Shown here: positions 14,541 to 27,500 of the stretch, piece by piece
How the letters are laid out: each line of letters starts with the position of its first letter
Position numbering within the stretch: the stretch's first letter is position 1
Assembly: GCA_043228905.1 (NCBI GenBank)
Contig: JBHGNT010000021.1
Coordinates: 9,176,001-9,240,000, forward strand
Direction of reading: 5' to 3'
DNA length: 64,000 nucleotides
Origin: Azolla caroliniana
Taxonomy: Eukaryota; Plantae; Polypodiophyta
The notes under the pieces: generated by a model
What the model was told of the DNA's origin: nothing
Seen by the model: only the letters and a program-made list of their open reading frames with translations
The model's database searches: none
Program-made: the position numbers and the translations under genes

Positions 14541-14903
14541 CTAACCAAAGATATTTTTCACCATAAATTGTATGTAAAAGATACATACATATCTAAACAA
14601 AACATTGAGATTAAGAGCTTTGTCTTCAAAATCTTCATTTTGAGGAGATTTGAGCACTGCAAAATGATCTCCAACTTCCAAGAATACTGCGAAGTCCTCA
14701 CATTGGTTGTAGTATACAATATTTTCTACATGTTTCTCTTCCTGGATATCCACACATTGTTCAATCTCCAGATTCTGTAGCTTCCATGGCTCCACAATTG
14801 ATAGATTGGTGCACTCATCCCAAGCTTCATCTATACACATGGAACAAAAGCACGATAAACTGCGGAATAACAATTGTGTTGTGTCCCTGCAAATTTGTTT
14901 CAA
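14541..14903 (-). pseudogene. Transposase C-terminal-like fragment with Cys cluster (RSLSCFCSMCIDEAWDECTN)
   Basis: R-x-L-S-C-F-C-x2-C motif as recalled from Sola2-type DDD transposases; not confirmed by search. Confidence 0.45.
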
Positions 14904-15148
14904 ATCTGAGTATTCATCTTGAATCTTCTTCTAATACGTTCACGTTCACAAATAGAAGGCTTGCACATTCCACTTGTAGATTCTTCTTGAAAATATCCAA
15001 ATATACCCACTCTACAAAAATTGAATGCACTAGTATCACATGTTCCACAACTTGATTAGAATTTGCAAAATTAAAAAAACATGATAAGTCTCCAAGTGGA
15101 GAACATTTGAACTTAAATTAAGTTTGGATGTGTTGATATGTTAATGCC

Positions 15149-15604
15149 TGTAAAGAATCGATGGTGATTCTTGTGTAGCGGAAGAGATGTGTCTTATGTG
15201 TATGTGTGAGAGGAAAGAGGAGAGGAGAGAAACACAAGATGGATAAGAGACAAAATGAACTACTCAAGAAGAAGGAGATGTATATTAACAAGGAGAATAT
15301 GATAAATAAAAATGTAGCATTACGAGGAGTCACAACCGACTTGGTATGAAGTATGAGGAGGGTGCTTTAAATAGAGTCACCCTCTCTTTTCATTAACTTA
15401 CAACAACCACTCTCTCTCTTGGGGAATGTGAAGACTCATAGTCATGGGGAATATGTAACTCATTAGTTATGTGTCATAGAATATGATTCTATGACACATA
15501 GTTAATGTGTAGAGAGTAGTGGTGTGACTCTTAACCTTTGAGTAATCATAGATTCTCAAAAGGTGTGTTCACACGTTCTGCTATGTTGAGCTTGATTCTC
15601 AACA
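15149..15604 (-). repeat. 3' LTR
   Basis: TGTAAAG...CTCAACA; near-identical to 20617-21071. Confidence 0.93.
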
Positions 15605-18478
15605 CGCCCCCTTAAGCTCAACTCGGATTGGTTCCTTTCGATTGATGTCCACTTCGGTTGGTATCTGGTTTGGACGATCTCTAGTGTTCGCTTTGGCTCG
15701 TACCCGGTTCAGACGGTATCTGGTTCTCGCTTGTACTCCCCCTCAAGCTTGGCAAGTCAGAGATCGTCAATCCAAGGTCTGACATGAATTGCTGAAGCTT
15801 GTCGGCTCCTACGGTTTTGGTGAAGATGTCGGCCGTCTGAAGGTTCATGTTGATGTGTTGAAGGTCGACATCTCCAGCCTGTACGTGCTCTCGAATGAAC
15901 TGATAGTGCACTTTGATATACTTTGTGCGTGCGTGGAACACCGGGTTCTGAGCCAGATATATAGTGCTCATGTTGTCGCAGTAAAGGGGAGTCGGATCCT
16001 TGATGGGAACGCCCAGATCCTTCAAAATCCTCTTGAGCCATACGGCTTCACATGCAGCTACGGCTACGCCCCTGTATTTCGCCTCCGTACTTGAAAGAGT
16101 GATGGTAGGCTGCTTCTTGCTACTCCACGAAATCGCTCTGCTGGCAAGGGAGGACAAATCCGGAGGTCGATCGTTGATCTGCTTTGTAGTCAGCCTAGTC
16201 CGCATTTGTGTACCCTTTGAGTCGTATTGGTGTGGCCGATGCGTAGAGAACATCGTAATCCATTGTGCCGCTCACATATCGTAATACTCGCTTAGCACAA
16301 TCCAAGTGAATGTCGCGTGGTTTTTGCATGAATTGGCTGAGGAGTCCAACTGGATAGCTAAGGTCGGGTCGAATGATCATGAGATAGATGAGGCTCCCGA
16401 TCAGTTGATGATATTGGGTCGGCTTGCACTCGTCTGTGCTGGAGGCAACATCTAGTTTGAGGTTTTGATCGAGAGGCATAGCGACCGATTTGCACTCAGT
16501 CATCCGGAACTTGTATAGCAAGTTGAGAATGTAGTGCCGTTGAGAAATCATAATGCTGGCCGAAATCCGAATTACTTCGATGCCACGGAAGTAATGGACC
16601 TCCTTCATGTCCGTCATCTCGAATTTTCCGGAGAGGAGGGACTTGACCTTGTTGATGTCGACTAGACATGCACCTCCAATGACTAGATCATCCACGTATA
16701 GGATGTGTTTGTGCGTATTCTTTCGCTACGAGTCGAGCTTTGTAGCGGTTGACGGAGCCGTTGGCATTATACTTCACCTTGTAGATCCATCTAAATCCGA
16801 TCGCCTTCCTGTGCGGTGAGTGGGGAACGAGATCCCATGTCTCGTTCTTGCGTAATGCACGCATCTCCTCGTTCATTGCTTCGATCCATCGCGGGTCCTT
16901 CGTGGCTTCAGAAAAGGTTTCTGGCTCCCGTATTGTTGCCACCTTCATCATAAAAGCGTAATGGTATGCCATATAATCGTTGTAGCCGAATTAGCTTACA
17001 GGGTTCTTTTCACGGGTGGATCGGTGGAGCTTCTAATTTGCGGATACTACAGCGTTCTCCGCTCCATTTGTCCGGATGTCAAGGCCTTCGAACTCATACA
17101 CGGCCGTGTTAGATGCTTCCGCCCAATACGATTTCGGCATGTGCTTTTCGTTAAGCATAGCCTGTGCCACTTCAAGGATGTGCCGATTCTTGCGTTCGGC
17201 CACTCCATTTTGTTGTGGCGTATGTCGACACGAAAACTCTCGCCGTATTCCTTCTTTCCGTAGAAACGCCGAAAATTCGTCGGAGAAGTACTCCTTGCCT
17301 CCATCTGACTGAAGACATCGTACATGTCGGCCCGTGGCTTTCTCAACTTCATTCTTAAATTTTTGGAAGTGTCTGAACACTTCGCTCTTTTGTCACATTG
17401 GGAAGTTCCAAGTGTGCCTAGAGAAGTCGTCAATGAAGGTCACGTAGTATCGGCATCCACCGAATATCGCCGTTGGAGCCGGACCCCATACATCGGAATG
17501 AATTACGTCGAGTACGCCTTTGCTCACTTTTTGCTCCTTCGGAAATGGGTGCCGATGTTGCTTGCCAAATTGGCAAGCGGCACACACGCCTTCAATCTCT
17601 TTCTCCGTGAATGTCGGGAGCCCGATGACGACTCCTTTCGATTGCATTGCCTTGAGCTTTTGGAGGTTGATATGGCCAATCCGCTTGTGCCATAACTCTA
17701 TGTTGGAATCGGCTTTCATGCCCTTTGCAAACATGGACGATTTCATCTCCTGTGAGTCGAGAATGAACATTCGGCCCTCTCTTCGTCCGTGAGTGATGAG
17801 TCGGCCCTCTTTTTTCGATGAAGCAACTGCCTTGATTTAATCGTACTTGCATTCCTTGCTCTATAATTTGGCCGACGGAGACCAAATTCTTTATGATAGT
17901 TGGTACATGCAAGACATTTTTAATATAAGTTTGCTTACCTTCTTCTCCAAACGGAACATTGCCGATGTGCCGAATCGGGTGCGTAGTGTCGTCTCTGGTT
18001 TCGACATAGCCAGGTCGATCCGGCTCTCGAAGTTCTCAGAACCATTCTTGATGCAATGTCAGATGATTCGATACACCGGAATCGACGAACCATACGTCTT
18101 CCGGACCGGAGGCACTAGTAGAAGTAGAGGCCGACATAGAATTCGCTCTATGTCTCATCACGAACATTCCGCCACCATCCTCATAGTCGGAGTTGATGGC
18201 GTAGTTGGTGAGTTGTCGACTAGTGGAAGCCGACTCACGTATCTTCTTACGACATTCTTCTTCATGGTGGCTGATTTTTCCACAATATCCGCATTCGACC
18301 GAGCTTTGTTGGTTCGGACCAGAATGAAGCTCCCCCTTCTTCCGAAGGTATCTCGATGGCTTCCCTCTTGATGCCGAAATTGCGAGTTGTTTTCGTCAGT
18401 CAGGCCTCGTCCGCCTCGTCCTTGGCAGAATCAGCCTCTTCTTGCACGACCGCGTCCTCTTCCTCCGTTCGAATGCGT

Positions 18479-19831
18479 TGTCGTGAAAATCCGTGACAAT
18501 GTGCAGATCGCGAGGCGAAACTGTCGGGGTTTTGGACTTGAAGGATTTAGTGCAACACGTACAACACAAGCAAAATTCACATATAAGACGAGTAGATGAG
18601 AGAAGACGTTTATTTATATCATAAGAAACTAGATTCTTTTATAATTCAAGAATCTTGTTACAACGGGTTCGAGATGAAAATGAGAGATAAATTTTTTTAA
18701 AGAAAGGAGACAACAACCATATAAGGAGTAGTCCAATATGAATATGATAGATCCCATCAAAGGAAGGAGCCAACAACCATGAAAGGAGTGGTCCGATATC
18801 AATATGAGAGAGATTTCTTCCCTAGGGAATGGGAGAGAGAAGAAGAAGGGAAAAAAAAAAGGTAGAGGGAAAAAATGGAACATATATCGAGGTCTTTGTT
18901 GATCCTCCTTCCAAATGTTACTTTGCATGTCCACTTTTAGATGCATGGCCTCTATTTGTAGTTACATGGCCTCTACTTTTAGTTGCATGCTTCCAGTTTT
19001 AGTTGCATGCCTTTTACTTTTAGTTGCATGTGACCATCTGTATAATTCGGCCAAATGACCCAATCATCCATAAAGTTTAGCCCATGCACAATCCGTGCGT
19101 GCGTCGCAATGAAACCGTAGATGCGTCAACGCGCAAAAGTCTCGACCGCGCACCGTGTACGCATCGACACACGCACGCGTCCTGACCGCGCCGTGTACGC
19201 ATCCGCACACATGCACGTCCCAACCGTGCCATGTACGTATCCGCGTGCTCGTCCGAGTGTCCCACGAGGCCGTGCACGCGCACGTCCGTCTGAAACATCC
19301 ACGCGACTGTGCACGCGTACTTTCGAAAACATCCACGCGACCGTGCACACGTATGCCCGAAACTTGCACACACGCGTACATCTGAAATGTCCACACGGCC
19401 ATGCACACACACATACGTCCGAAAACGTTCACGTGGTCGTGCACACGCGCGTATGCCTAAAGCGTCCACACAGCCGTGCACACGCATGTACGTCCGAAAC
19501 ATGCACACCACACAGTGTAGCCCAAGTCACCTTGAACATTCTGTGCTCCACACATTGGTATAATGAATTTGTTTTGGTTTCCCTTATATATCTTGGGTTC
19601 TAATGTTGTCCTAATCTATGTGGGATATCTCATTGTTTTGTTTTTTCTTCCCTTTTCTCTTCAAACTTCTCACTCACATAACATGATGCTTGTTTATCCA
19701 TTTCACGCGTAGTAAAATACGTTATGAAGCTCTTGAAGACATCTAGCTTGAAGACATCTATGAATACATTAAGCTAATCTTAAATAATTGTTTTACTATT
19801 TTTCATATCGTGTGTGAAAAACCACACGACA
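18479..19831 (-). mobile_element. Solo LTR of a Phygy-like gypsy inserted in the copia gag
   Basis: TGTCGTG...CACGACA termini; 4-bp TSD GCGT/ACGT; removing it restores the gag reading HMLYTHSNGG; homologous to 5411-6453. Confidence 0.87.
19085..19510. repeat. CpG-rich degenerate tandem repeat inside the solo LTR
   Basis: Recurrent CCGTGCACACG / CACGCG / GTCCGAAAC units with long purine-pyrimidine alternations. Confidence 0.75.
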
Positions 19832-20616
19832 ACGTGTAGAGCATGTGGCCTTTCGAGGTGTTGCTCCTCGTTCGAACATGATTCTCTTCGACCAACAACA
19901 TGGATTGAAGATCGAAGATGGAGGGCGGATTCTCCCGTGCTAGTACGGCAGTCCGCATCACGCGGAATCGTGGTGCAAGGCCGCTGAGACATACTTGCAC
20001 CATCTCGTCATCCTCCGCGTTTACGCTTATCGAGCCGAGCGAATCACAAAGCTCCTTGATCTTCAAGGTGTAGCTCCTGACGGACATATCCCTTTGTTGC
20101 ATATTATTCAACTCTTGGCGGAGTTGAAGCTTTCTCACGGTAGTGTTGGCGGCGAAAATCTTTCGTAGATTCTCCCACGCTTCCTTCGGCGTCTTGGCTT
20201 CTCGAATGTACCCGAGCATGTGGTCATCAACACATGTCTCCAAGCAATACATAACTCGGCTTGCCGCTTGCTCCCACATTGCATAGTTGGTGTCTTCCAG
20301 GTTGGGCTTATTTTCTTGTGCTCCTTTGATGTCGCTCCAATAGCCTTGGCCGACAAGGTATTGGTGCATGTTGTACTCCCAAGATGCAAAGTTGTTGCAA
20401 TCCAACCTCTCACTAGGGAGAGCACTCCCCATTTGAGTATTCATTGTCGATGTAGATTTCTTCCTTGTTTTCTTTTCCTTCTCTCTCGAACACGAGCTAT
20501 GTAGTCGCACTACGATAGCGATGAGATGCTTCTTCTTGAACGTCGGCGTAGAGCACAACACACGATCACGATGAGGTGAGTGGGCTAGATTGAGCTACCA
20601 AATCGCTCTAATACCA

Positions 20617-21071
20617 TGTAAAGAATCAATGGTGATTCTTGTGTAGCGGAAGAGATGTGTCTTATGTGTATGTGTGAGAGGAAAGAGGAGAGGAGAGAAA
20701 CACAAGATGGATAAGAGACAAAATGAACTACTCAAGAAGAAGGAGATGTATATTAACAAGGAGAATATGATAAATGAAAATGTAGCATTACAAGGAGTCA
20801 CAACCAACTTCGTATGAAGTATGAGGAGGGTGCTTTATATAGAGTCACCCTCTCTCTTCATTAACTTACAACAACCACTCTCTCTCTTGGGGAATGTGAA
20901 GACTCATAGCCGTGGGGAATATGCAACTCATTAGTTATGTGTCATAGAATATGATTCTATGACTCATAGTTAATGTGTAGAGAGTAGTGGTGTAACTCTT
21001 GACCTTTGAGTAATCATAGATTCTCAAAAGGTGTGTTCACACTTTGTGCTATTTGAGCTTGATTCTCAACA
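20617..21071 (-). repeat. 5' LTR
   Basis: Adjacent to the Met-tRNA-type PBS; pairs with 15149-15604. Confidence 0.93.
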
Positions 21072-21440
21072 ATGCCATTATAATAAAGTTCAACAATGGC
21101 TCAATATCACACTATTGTACGACATGGCAAACACTCAGATAAAGACATATATTTATTTGGTAAGTTTTGCAAAAATATGAGGTGTACTTGTAACCATACT
21201 AATAAAATGAGTTATAATTTATACTTTGACCCATTACTCGTATGTATATAATTGTGGACAATGTAAGATAGTGAACTTTAGGATAATGTGATTGAAATAA
21301 CAAACTTATTAAGGCTTTCAATACTTGTATTTAAAGTTGATCTAATCTATACCTTAGGTGATTCGCATGGGATCAAACTGTACGTATATAATTGTGGACA
21401 ATGTAAGATAGTGAACTTTAGGATAATGTGATTGAAATAA

Positions 21441-21837
21441 GGGTGAAAGCACGCTACGGTGTACCAACTTTTGGCCAAAATTTTAGTACTAATTCAATGA
21501 GGAGGAAAGAAAAATAATCCAATATTTGGGTTAAAAAAGTTGAGGTTGGTGGGTCATAGTCCTAGGTAATGTTGTACGGAAATCTTAACTGTAGAAGATC
21601 TCGAGTAGTCACTCAATTATGAATATAGTAAGTTTGTCTCTCTCTCGTTCTCTCTCTTGGCACATATGTTCATCTCGAACTGTCAGTTAGTCTCTCTCCC
21701 TCTTTGTCTCCCTCCCTCCCTCTCTCTCCTTCCCCCTTCTACTCGCTGATTCTCGAGGTTCGTATCTCTCTTCTACCTTCTGTACAGGTCTTTATAGACT
21801 CCAAGCACGTCACTGCTCGTCGTTCATACCTCCTCTT
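21441..21837. repeat. Second direct copy of the GGGTGAAAGC transposon end
   Basis: Highly similar to 9378-~9773, with small indels. Confidence 0.85.
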
Positions 21838-22110
21838 TGTATCCACAATCGCTGACTCCACGGGCCTGTCGCAGCCATTGTCACGCCAAGATGTATCCAC
21901 AATCACTGACTCCACGGACCTGTCGCAGCCACTGACACACCTGGATGTAGCAATAGTCGAAGCGCAGATGCACAGTAAAGAAGAACAAATGAATAAGGGT
22001 CTAGGTCCTACTATGTAATTTTTTTAAAGGGGGAGGTGTCATGTGTGGGGGACCACACTAGGTCGTTTTGTCTCAAGAAGAAAACTAACTTGTAACTAAC
22101 TAGGGGTAGA
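21838..22110 (+). mobile_element. Fragment of another LTR element: 2x54-bp repeat, PPT and start of an LTR
   Basis: Tandem units 21838-21891 and 21892-21945; TTTTTAAAGGGGGAGG (22021-22036) followed by TGTCATG at 22037. Confidence 0.55.
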
Positions 22111-24144
22111 GCCAAGAAAGGTGGGAAACACTATAAAGAGAGATGCCTACCAAGAGAGAAGGGGACTGTAATTGAGCACATTACAATATTGAAAAAGATT
22201 GTAGAAAGAAGCAATTTGATCTTAAAAGAAAAGGAAAGAAGTTTTATCCACAAATCTATAGTGCATCAATTCAAAATGATAATGTGAACTATTGTGAAGA
22301 AGATGAAGACAATAATTTTATACAAGCTTTTACAAGTGATGCTAATGAAAGTCAAGTGAATGAAAAGAAAGGTAATGTCAACCTTTGGTTCTTCGACACC
22401 GGGGTGCCACATCATCTACATAACTACTGCCCTCTTCCACAAGCACTCCAAGTGACATTCGGCGATCATGGCACAAAAGTCGCGATTTGCAAAGGGGAAG
22501 TGCACTTATCTCTAAACAAATCAAAGACAGTAAGCATTCCAAATGTTTATTATGTTCCAGGTGTAATGAGAAACTTAATATCTGTAAGTGAAGCAACAAA
22601 AAATGGAACAAGTATACAATTCAATAATAATTTTGCCATTATTTCTCATGAATTACCTACTGGTGATATGTTAAGAGTGACTTGCCCCAAATTTGGAAGA
22701 CTCTACCCTTTACAAATGATGGATAAAACTCCTATACAAGCCCTCTTTGCATCAAGCGCGTCACCTATTGACCCTACAATGCTTTGGCATCATCGACTCG
22801 GGCATCTCAACCCAAAGGCGATGAAGACTGGTCAAGTTCATAAATTATTCGAAGGAATTCCAACAAAGCCATTCAGCTATATATCTATATGCGAGGGATG
22901 CATCTACAGCAAGTAGTGTCGACAAAAGTTTCCAATAAGCAAACAGAAAAGGACTGAAAGACCACTACAACTCATTCATTCAGACTTATGTGGACCTATG
23001 CAATCTGTATCAATAGATGGTAACAAGTATTTTATTACATTCATAGATGACTACACAAGATTTATACTTTCTGAAGAAGAAATCTGGAGCATACAATGCA
23101 TTCACAAATTATAAAGCATATGTAGAAAACCAGTGTCAACAAAAGATTTCGACTATTCGTATTGACAATGGAGGGGAATATTTTAGTGATGAATGGAACA
23201 GTTTTTGTAAAGAAAATGGAATAAGACATGAACATATTGTACCATACAACCCGCAACAAAATGGTGTAGCTGAGCGCAAGAATCAGACGCTCCTAGATGC
23301 TAGTCGAAGTATGCTTCAAGTAGTTGGATTGCCTCTTAGATTTTGGCAAGAAGCAGTTGCGACTGCTTGTGACCTGCAAAATAGATCTCCACATAATATA
23401 TTGGGTCTTCAAACACCACATTCACTCTGGTTTAAGCAGAAACCTAACCTTGGTCACCTCCGAGTGTTCGGTTCGATCGCCTACAGTCATATACCTGCAG
23501 ATAAACGGAAGAAGTTAGATCCACACACTAGAAAATGCTTTTTTATTGGATATGGTGAAGCTTCCGGAGTTAAAGCATACAAGCTATTTGATCCTCATAC
23601 ACAAATAACACAAAAGTGTTTCTATAGTTGATCAGTCATCTTCGATGAGATTAGTTTACTTCAACAACAAAAACAACATGAGGTACGCGATTTAAGGATT
23701 AATGATCTAATTACTCCAAATGTTTCACAAATAGAAAATTACGGTGGTCCGATCACAAGGAGTTTCGGGAAGCAACTTCAAAATCAGAAACATGCAGATA
23801 TTCGAGCAGAAGATGAGGAGGAAGGAGTAACGCATTACTTGTGCACTAATCCGACCTACCCTAACAAGAAAGGATTAAGATCACCATACAAAGAAGATTT
23901 ACACGATCACATAGGAAATGAAGACATACACGACATGCAGGCTACAGATGATGAAAAGAAAGATCATCCAAATCGCAAAACTTATAAAGATATATTGGTG
24001 AAAGATTTAGAAAAGGTGCCTAACAAAGAAGGAAGTCGATGGCGAAGAAAGAATCCTGAAAGCAGACAGAATGAAGAAGTCGAATTCATTCATTGCTCCC
24101 CTACATCAACATTTCTGATGTATCCACATGAAAGTGGTCATTTT

Positions 24145-24544
24145 TGTAAGAATTTCACTCCGATTCGAAATCAAAAATTGAACTTAGACGCAAACAGGAA
24201 ATAAGAAAGAACACACAATTTACGTGGAAAACCCTGATTTAGGGAAAAACCACGGAACAGAGCTTTCACTATGAGAAATGACAAAATACAATCATAGAAC
24301 AATGAAACCTGATTTGGTATGAGCATGTACTGAAACCACGATTTCAGTCAATCTCTTCAAACTCTAGCACGCAGGTGACTATTCCTTCCGAAGCTTCCGA
24401 AGCTTCTCTGTCTTTTTCTCTTTTGCTTCACACTTCTTTTCTTCTTACTTAGCTTCTGAGTTCGTATACTCTTACACAGCCACTACTGTGCAGAAAACCA
24501 GTCGTTCTCAGATTTACACAACACACACTCCTCGTTTTTCTCTC

Positions 24545-24581
<37 letters not shown>

Positions 24582-27500
24582 ACACCCTCACATACGCTAT
24601 GTAGGTTTTCCCCTTTTCTCACTATTTCACTCTTAGTGAGTTATCCCACATACAGGCGCACTACCAGGCCTGTCAGCATATATATACTAAGTCATTTTCT
24701 TCTTTGAATGTAGAAGACATATGTATATGTATATGTGTGTCTATTCGACTGAGTACGAATTTGACTCTCTCACCGAATTCGATCAGCTAACCCCCGATTC
24801 GGTTCTTCGCAACTGACTATTCTTTTACTTTCTGAATTTCGACCAAATTCGGTAATTCGGTTTTTTTCGGCCGATTTCAGTGATTCGACTCTAATCGGCT
24901 TTTCGACTGATTTCGACCAGTCGACACTCAAGTCGACTTTTCGGCCGACTCCCCCGCAAGGAGGGACGCCTTTACACAACAAACTCCCCCTTCACTCCTG
25001 TAGGGGGAGAACCAACCAAGCCAATCTTATTCCGGCATGCAACAAGTTTTTCCATAGGCAAAATTTTTGTGAGCATGTCTGAGCCATTTTCTTCAGTGGG
25101 GATCTTAGATAGAACAAACTCATTTTCTTCCACTCTTTCTCTTAACCAATGGTACCTTCTTTGAATGTGCTTTGTACGAGAGTGGTAGGTAGCATTTTTA
25201 GCCAGATGGATAGCACTTTGATTGTCACAATGAAGTAAGTACTTGTCTTGCTTCAATCCTAGTTCGTTCAAGAACTCTCTCATCCAAATCAGTTCTTTTC
25301 CGGCTTCCACTGCAGCCATATTCTCAGCCTCGGTGGTAGACAAAGCCACAACCTTTTGCAATCTTGATTGCCATGACACAGCTCCCCCTGAATACGTCAT
25401 CACATACCCTGATGTGGATCGGCTAGAATCTACATCACCCGACATGTCAGAATCTGTAAAACCTTCTAGCACAGGTTTCCCGGAGCCATATCTAAGACAT
25501 ACATTCGAAGTTCCTTTGAGGTATCTAAGAATCCATTTCACAGCTTCCCAATGCTCCCTTCCAGGATTTCCCATGTATCGACTAACTGTCCCGACAGCAA
25601 ATGCAATGTCCGGCCTTGTGCAAACCATAGCATACATAAGGCTACCAACCGCAGAGGCATACGACACTCTTCTCATCTCTGCCTTATCTTTCTCAGATTT
25701 CGGACATTGTCCTGAATTTAACTTACAGCCCATTGGCAATGGAGATCCGACCGATTTTGCATCGCACATATTAAACCTTTGCAAAAATTTTGTCACATAT
25801 TTCTCTTGTGACTGCCATAGCAAGTTTTCAGTCCTATCCCGGACTATATGCATTCCCAAAATCTGTTTTGCCGGTCCTAAGTCTTTCATGGCAAATGATT
25901 TGCTCAATGATTTCTTCAAGCTTGCAATCTTTTTGACATCCTGTCCAGCAACCAACATATCATCCACATACAACAACAGAATAAGAAAGTCACCCTCATT
26001 ATACCTTTCACAAATACACAATGATCGGCTTGTGTTTTGTGGAATCCATGTTCCAACATGAAGGACTCAAATTTCTTATACCATTGTCGTGGAGCTTGCT
26101 TTAAACCATACAAGCTTTTCTTCAACCTACACACGAGATCTTCTTTTCCTTTTACCTCAAAGCCCTCCGGTTGTTGCATATAGATTTCCTCTTCTAGCTC
26201 ACCATGCAAGAAGGCTGTTTTAACATCTAGTTGTTCGATTTCAAGATTCATACTAGCGGCCATACTCAAGACAGTCCGAATAGAGGTCATTTTTACAACT
26301 GGGGCAAAAATCTCATCAAAGTCAACACCCTTTTTCTGTTGGAAACCCTTTACGACGATACGGGCCTTATACCTGGGTGTACTACCATCTTCACCAGTCT
26401 TTAATTTGTAGACCCATTTGTTTCTAAGTGCCTTCTTACCATCAGGCAACTCCATCAGCTCATAAGTTAGGTTCTCATGCAAGGAATCCATTTCTTCTTG
26501 CATGGCATTATACCATTTCTCCTTGTGTACATCAGTCATGGCCTCTTCATAGCATTCTGGTTCCCCTTCATCAGTCAAGAGAACATATTGACTGGCTGGA
26601 TATCTAGAAGAGACCTTCCTTTGTCTTCGTGGATATCTTCTCCCTTCAATAATTGGCTGATGGCCGTTTTCTTCCAGCAACTCATCTTCCGACTCCAACT
26701 CGTGTGTATCAGTCAGATGTTGGGTGTCGACCGACTCAGATTGTTGTTGGGTGTCGACCGACTCAAATTCAATTTCATTAGCCGATTGTTGTGTGTGAGT
26801 CGGATCGACTAGTATTGACTCCATAGCAGTGATCGATTTGGGAGACGACTCTGGTCTTTGTTACTCCCAGTCCTCGATTGTCTTGTCTTCCATGAATATG
26901 ACATCTCGACTTCTTATCACTTTCTTGTCAAGGAGATCCCACATTCTGTACCCGAACTCGTCTTCCGAGTACCCCAAGAATATACAAGGTTTGGACTTGC
27001 TGTCCAGTTTTGACCTCTGATCTTTAGCAACATGTACATAGGCCAAACATCCAAACACCTTTAAGTGTTGATAAGACACATTTCTCCTTGTCCACACTCT
27101 TTGTGGTACATCCCCCTTCAAAGGCACTGATGGAGACCTGTTTATGAGATAAACAGCAGTCAACATTGCTTCAGCCCAATATGATTTTGGCAATTTTGCA
27201 TGTGCCAACATGCTTCTTACCCTTTCCATTATGGTCCGATTCATTCTTTCTGCTAGACCATTTAGCTCAGGTGTCTTCGGCACCGTATACTCAAGTTTGA
27301 TGCCTTGAGTCTTGCAATACATCTCAAATTGGCCTCTATATTCGCCACCGTTATCTGTCCGGACAGCCTTCAGCTTTTGTCCGGATTCTCTTTCTGCCCT
27401 GGCATGAAACTCTTTAAAGACCGACAACACTTGGTCTTTAGACACCAGCACATAAGCCCACACTTTCCTACTGAAGTCATCAATAAATGTGACAAAGTAT

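Larger units (their letters stand above)
15149..21071 (-). mobile_element. Ty1/copia with both LTRs and internal deletions (possibly Bryco-like lineage)
   Basis: LTRs 15149-15604 and 20617-21071; TSD ATGCC (15144-15148, 21072-21076); PBS TGGTATTAGAGC (20616-20605); PPT at 15605-15618. Gag (WEYNMHQYLVGQGYW), INT (HSDVWGP, PQQNGVAERKNR), RT and RNase H remnants. Confidence 0.93.
9378..21440. mobile_element. Probable DNA transposon remnant (Sola2-like), interrupted by the copia at 15149-21071
   Basis: Abrupt terminus GGGTGAAAGC cuts the gypsy pol, and the same ~400-bp end recurs at 21441. Minus-strand fragment RSLSCFCSMC..W..C.N resembles Sola2-type transposase C-termini. No catalytic core or second TIR was seen. 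Confidence 0.45.

Noticed and set aside
19064-19603. Multiple overlapping ORFs rich in C/V/R/H
   Set aside because: Stop-poor repeat inside a solo LTR.
9378-21837. The two ~400-bp direct repeats as LTRs or KolobokP-like terminal direct repeats
   Set aside because: No TG..CA ends, PBS/PPT, TTAA or other TSD, and the second copy ends at an unrelated junction.
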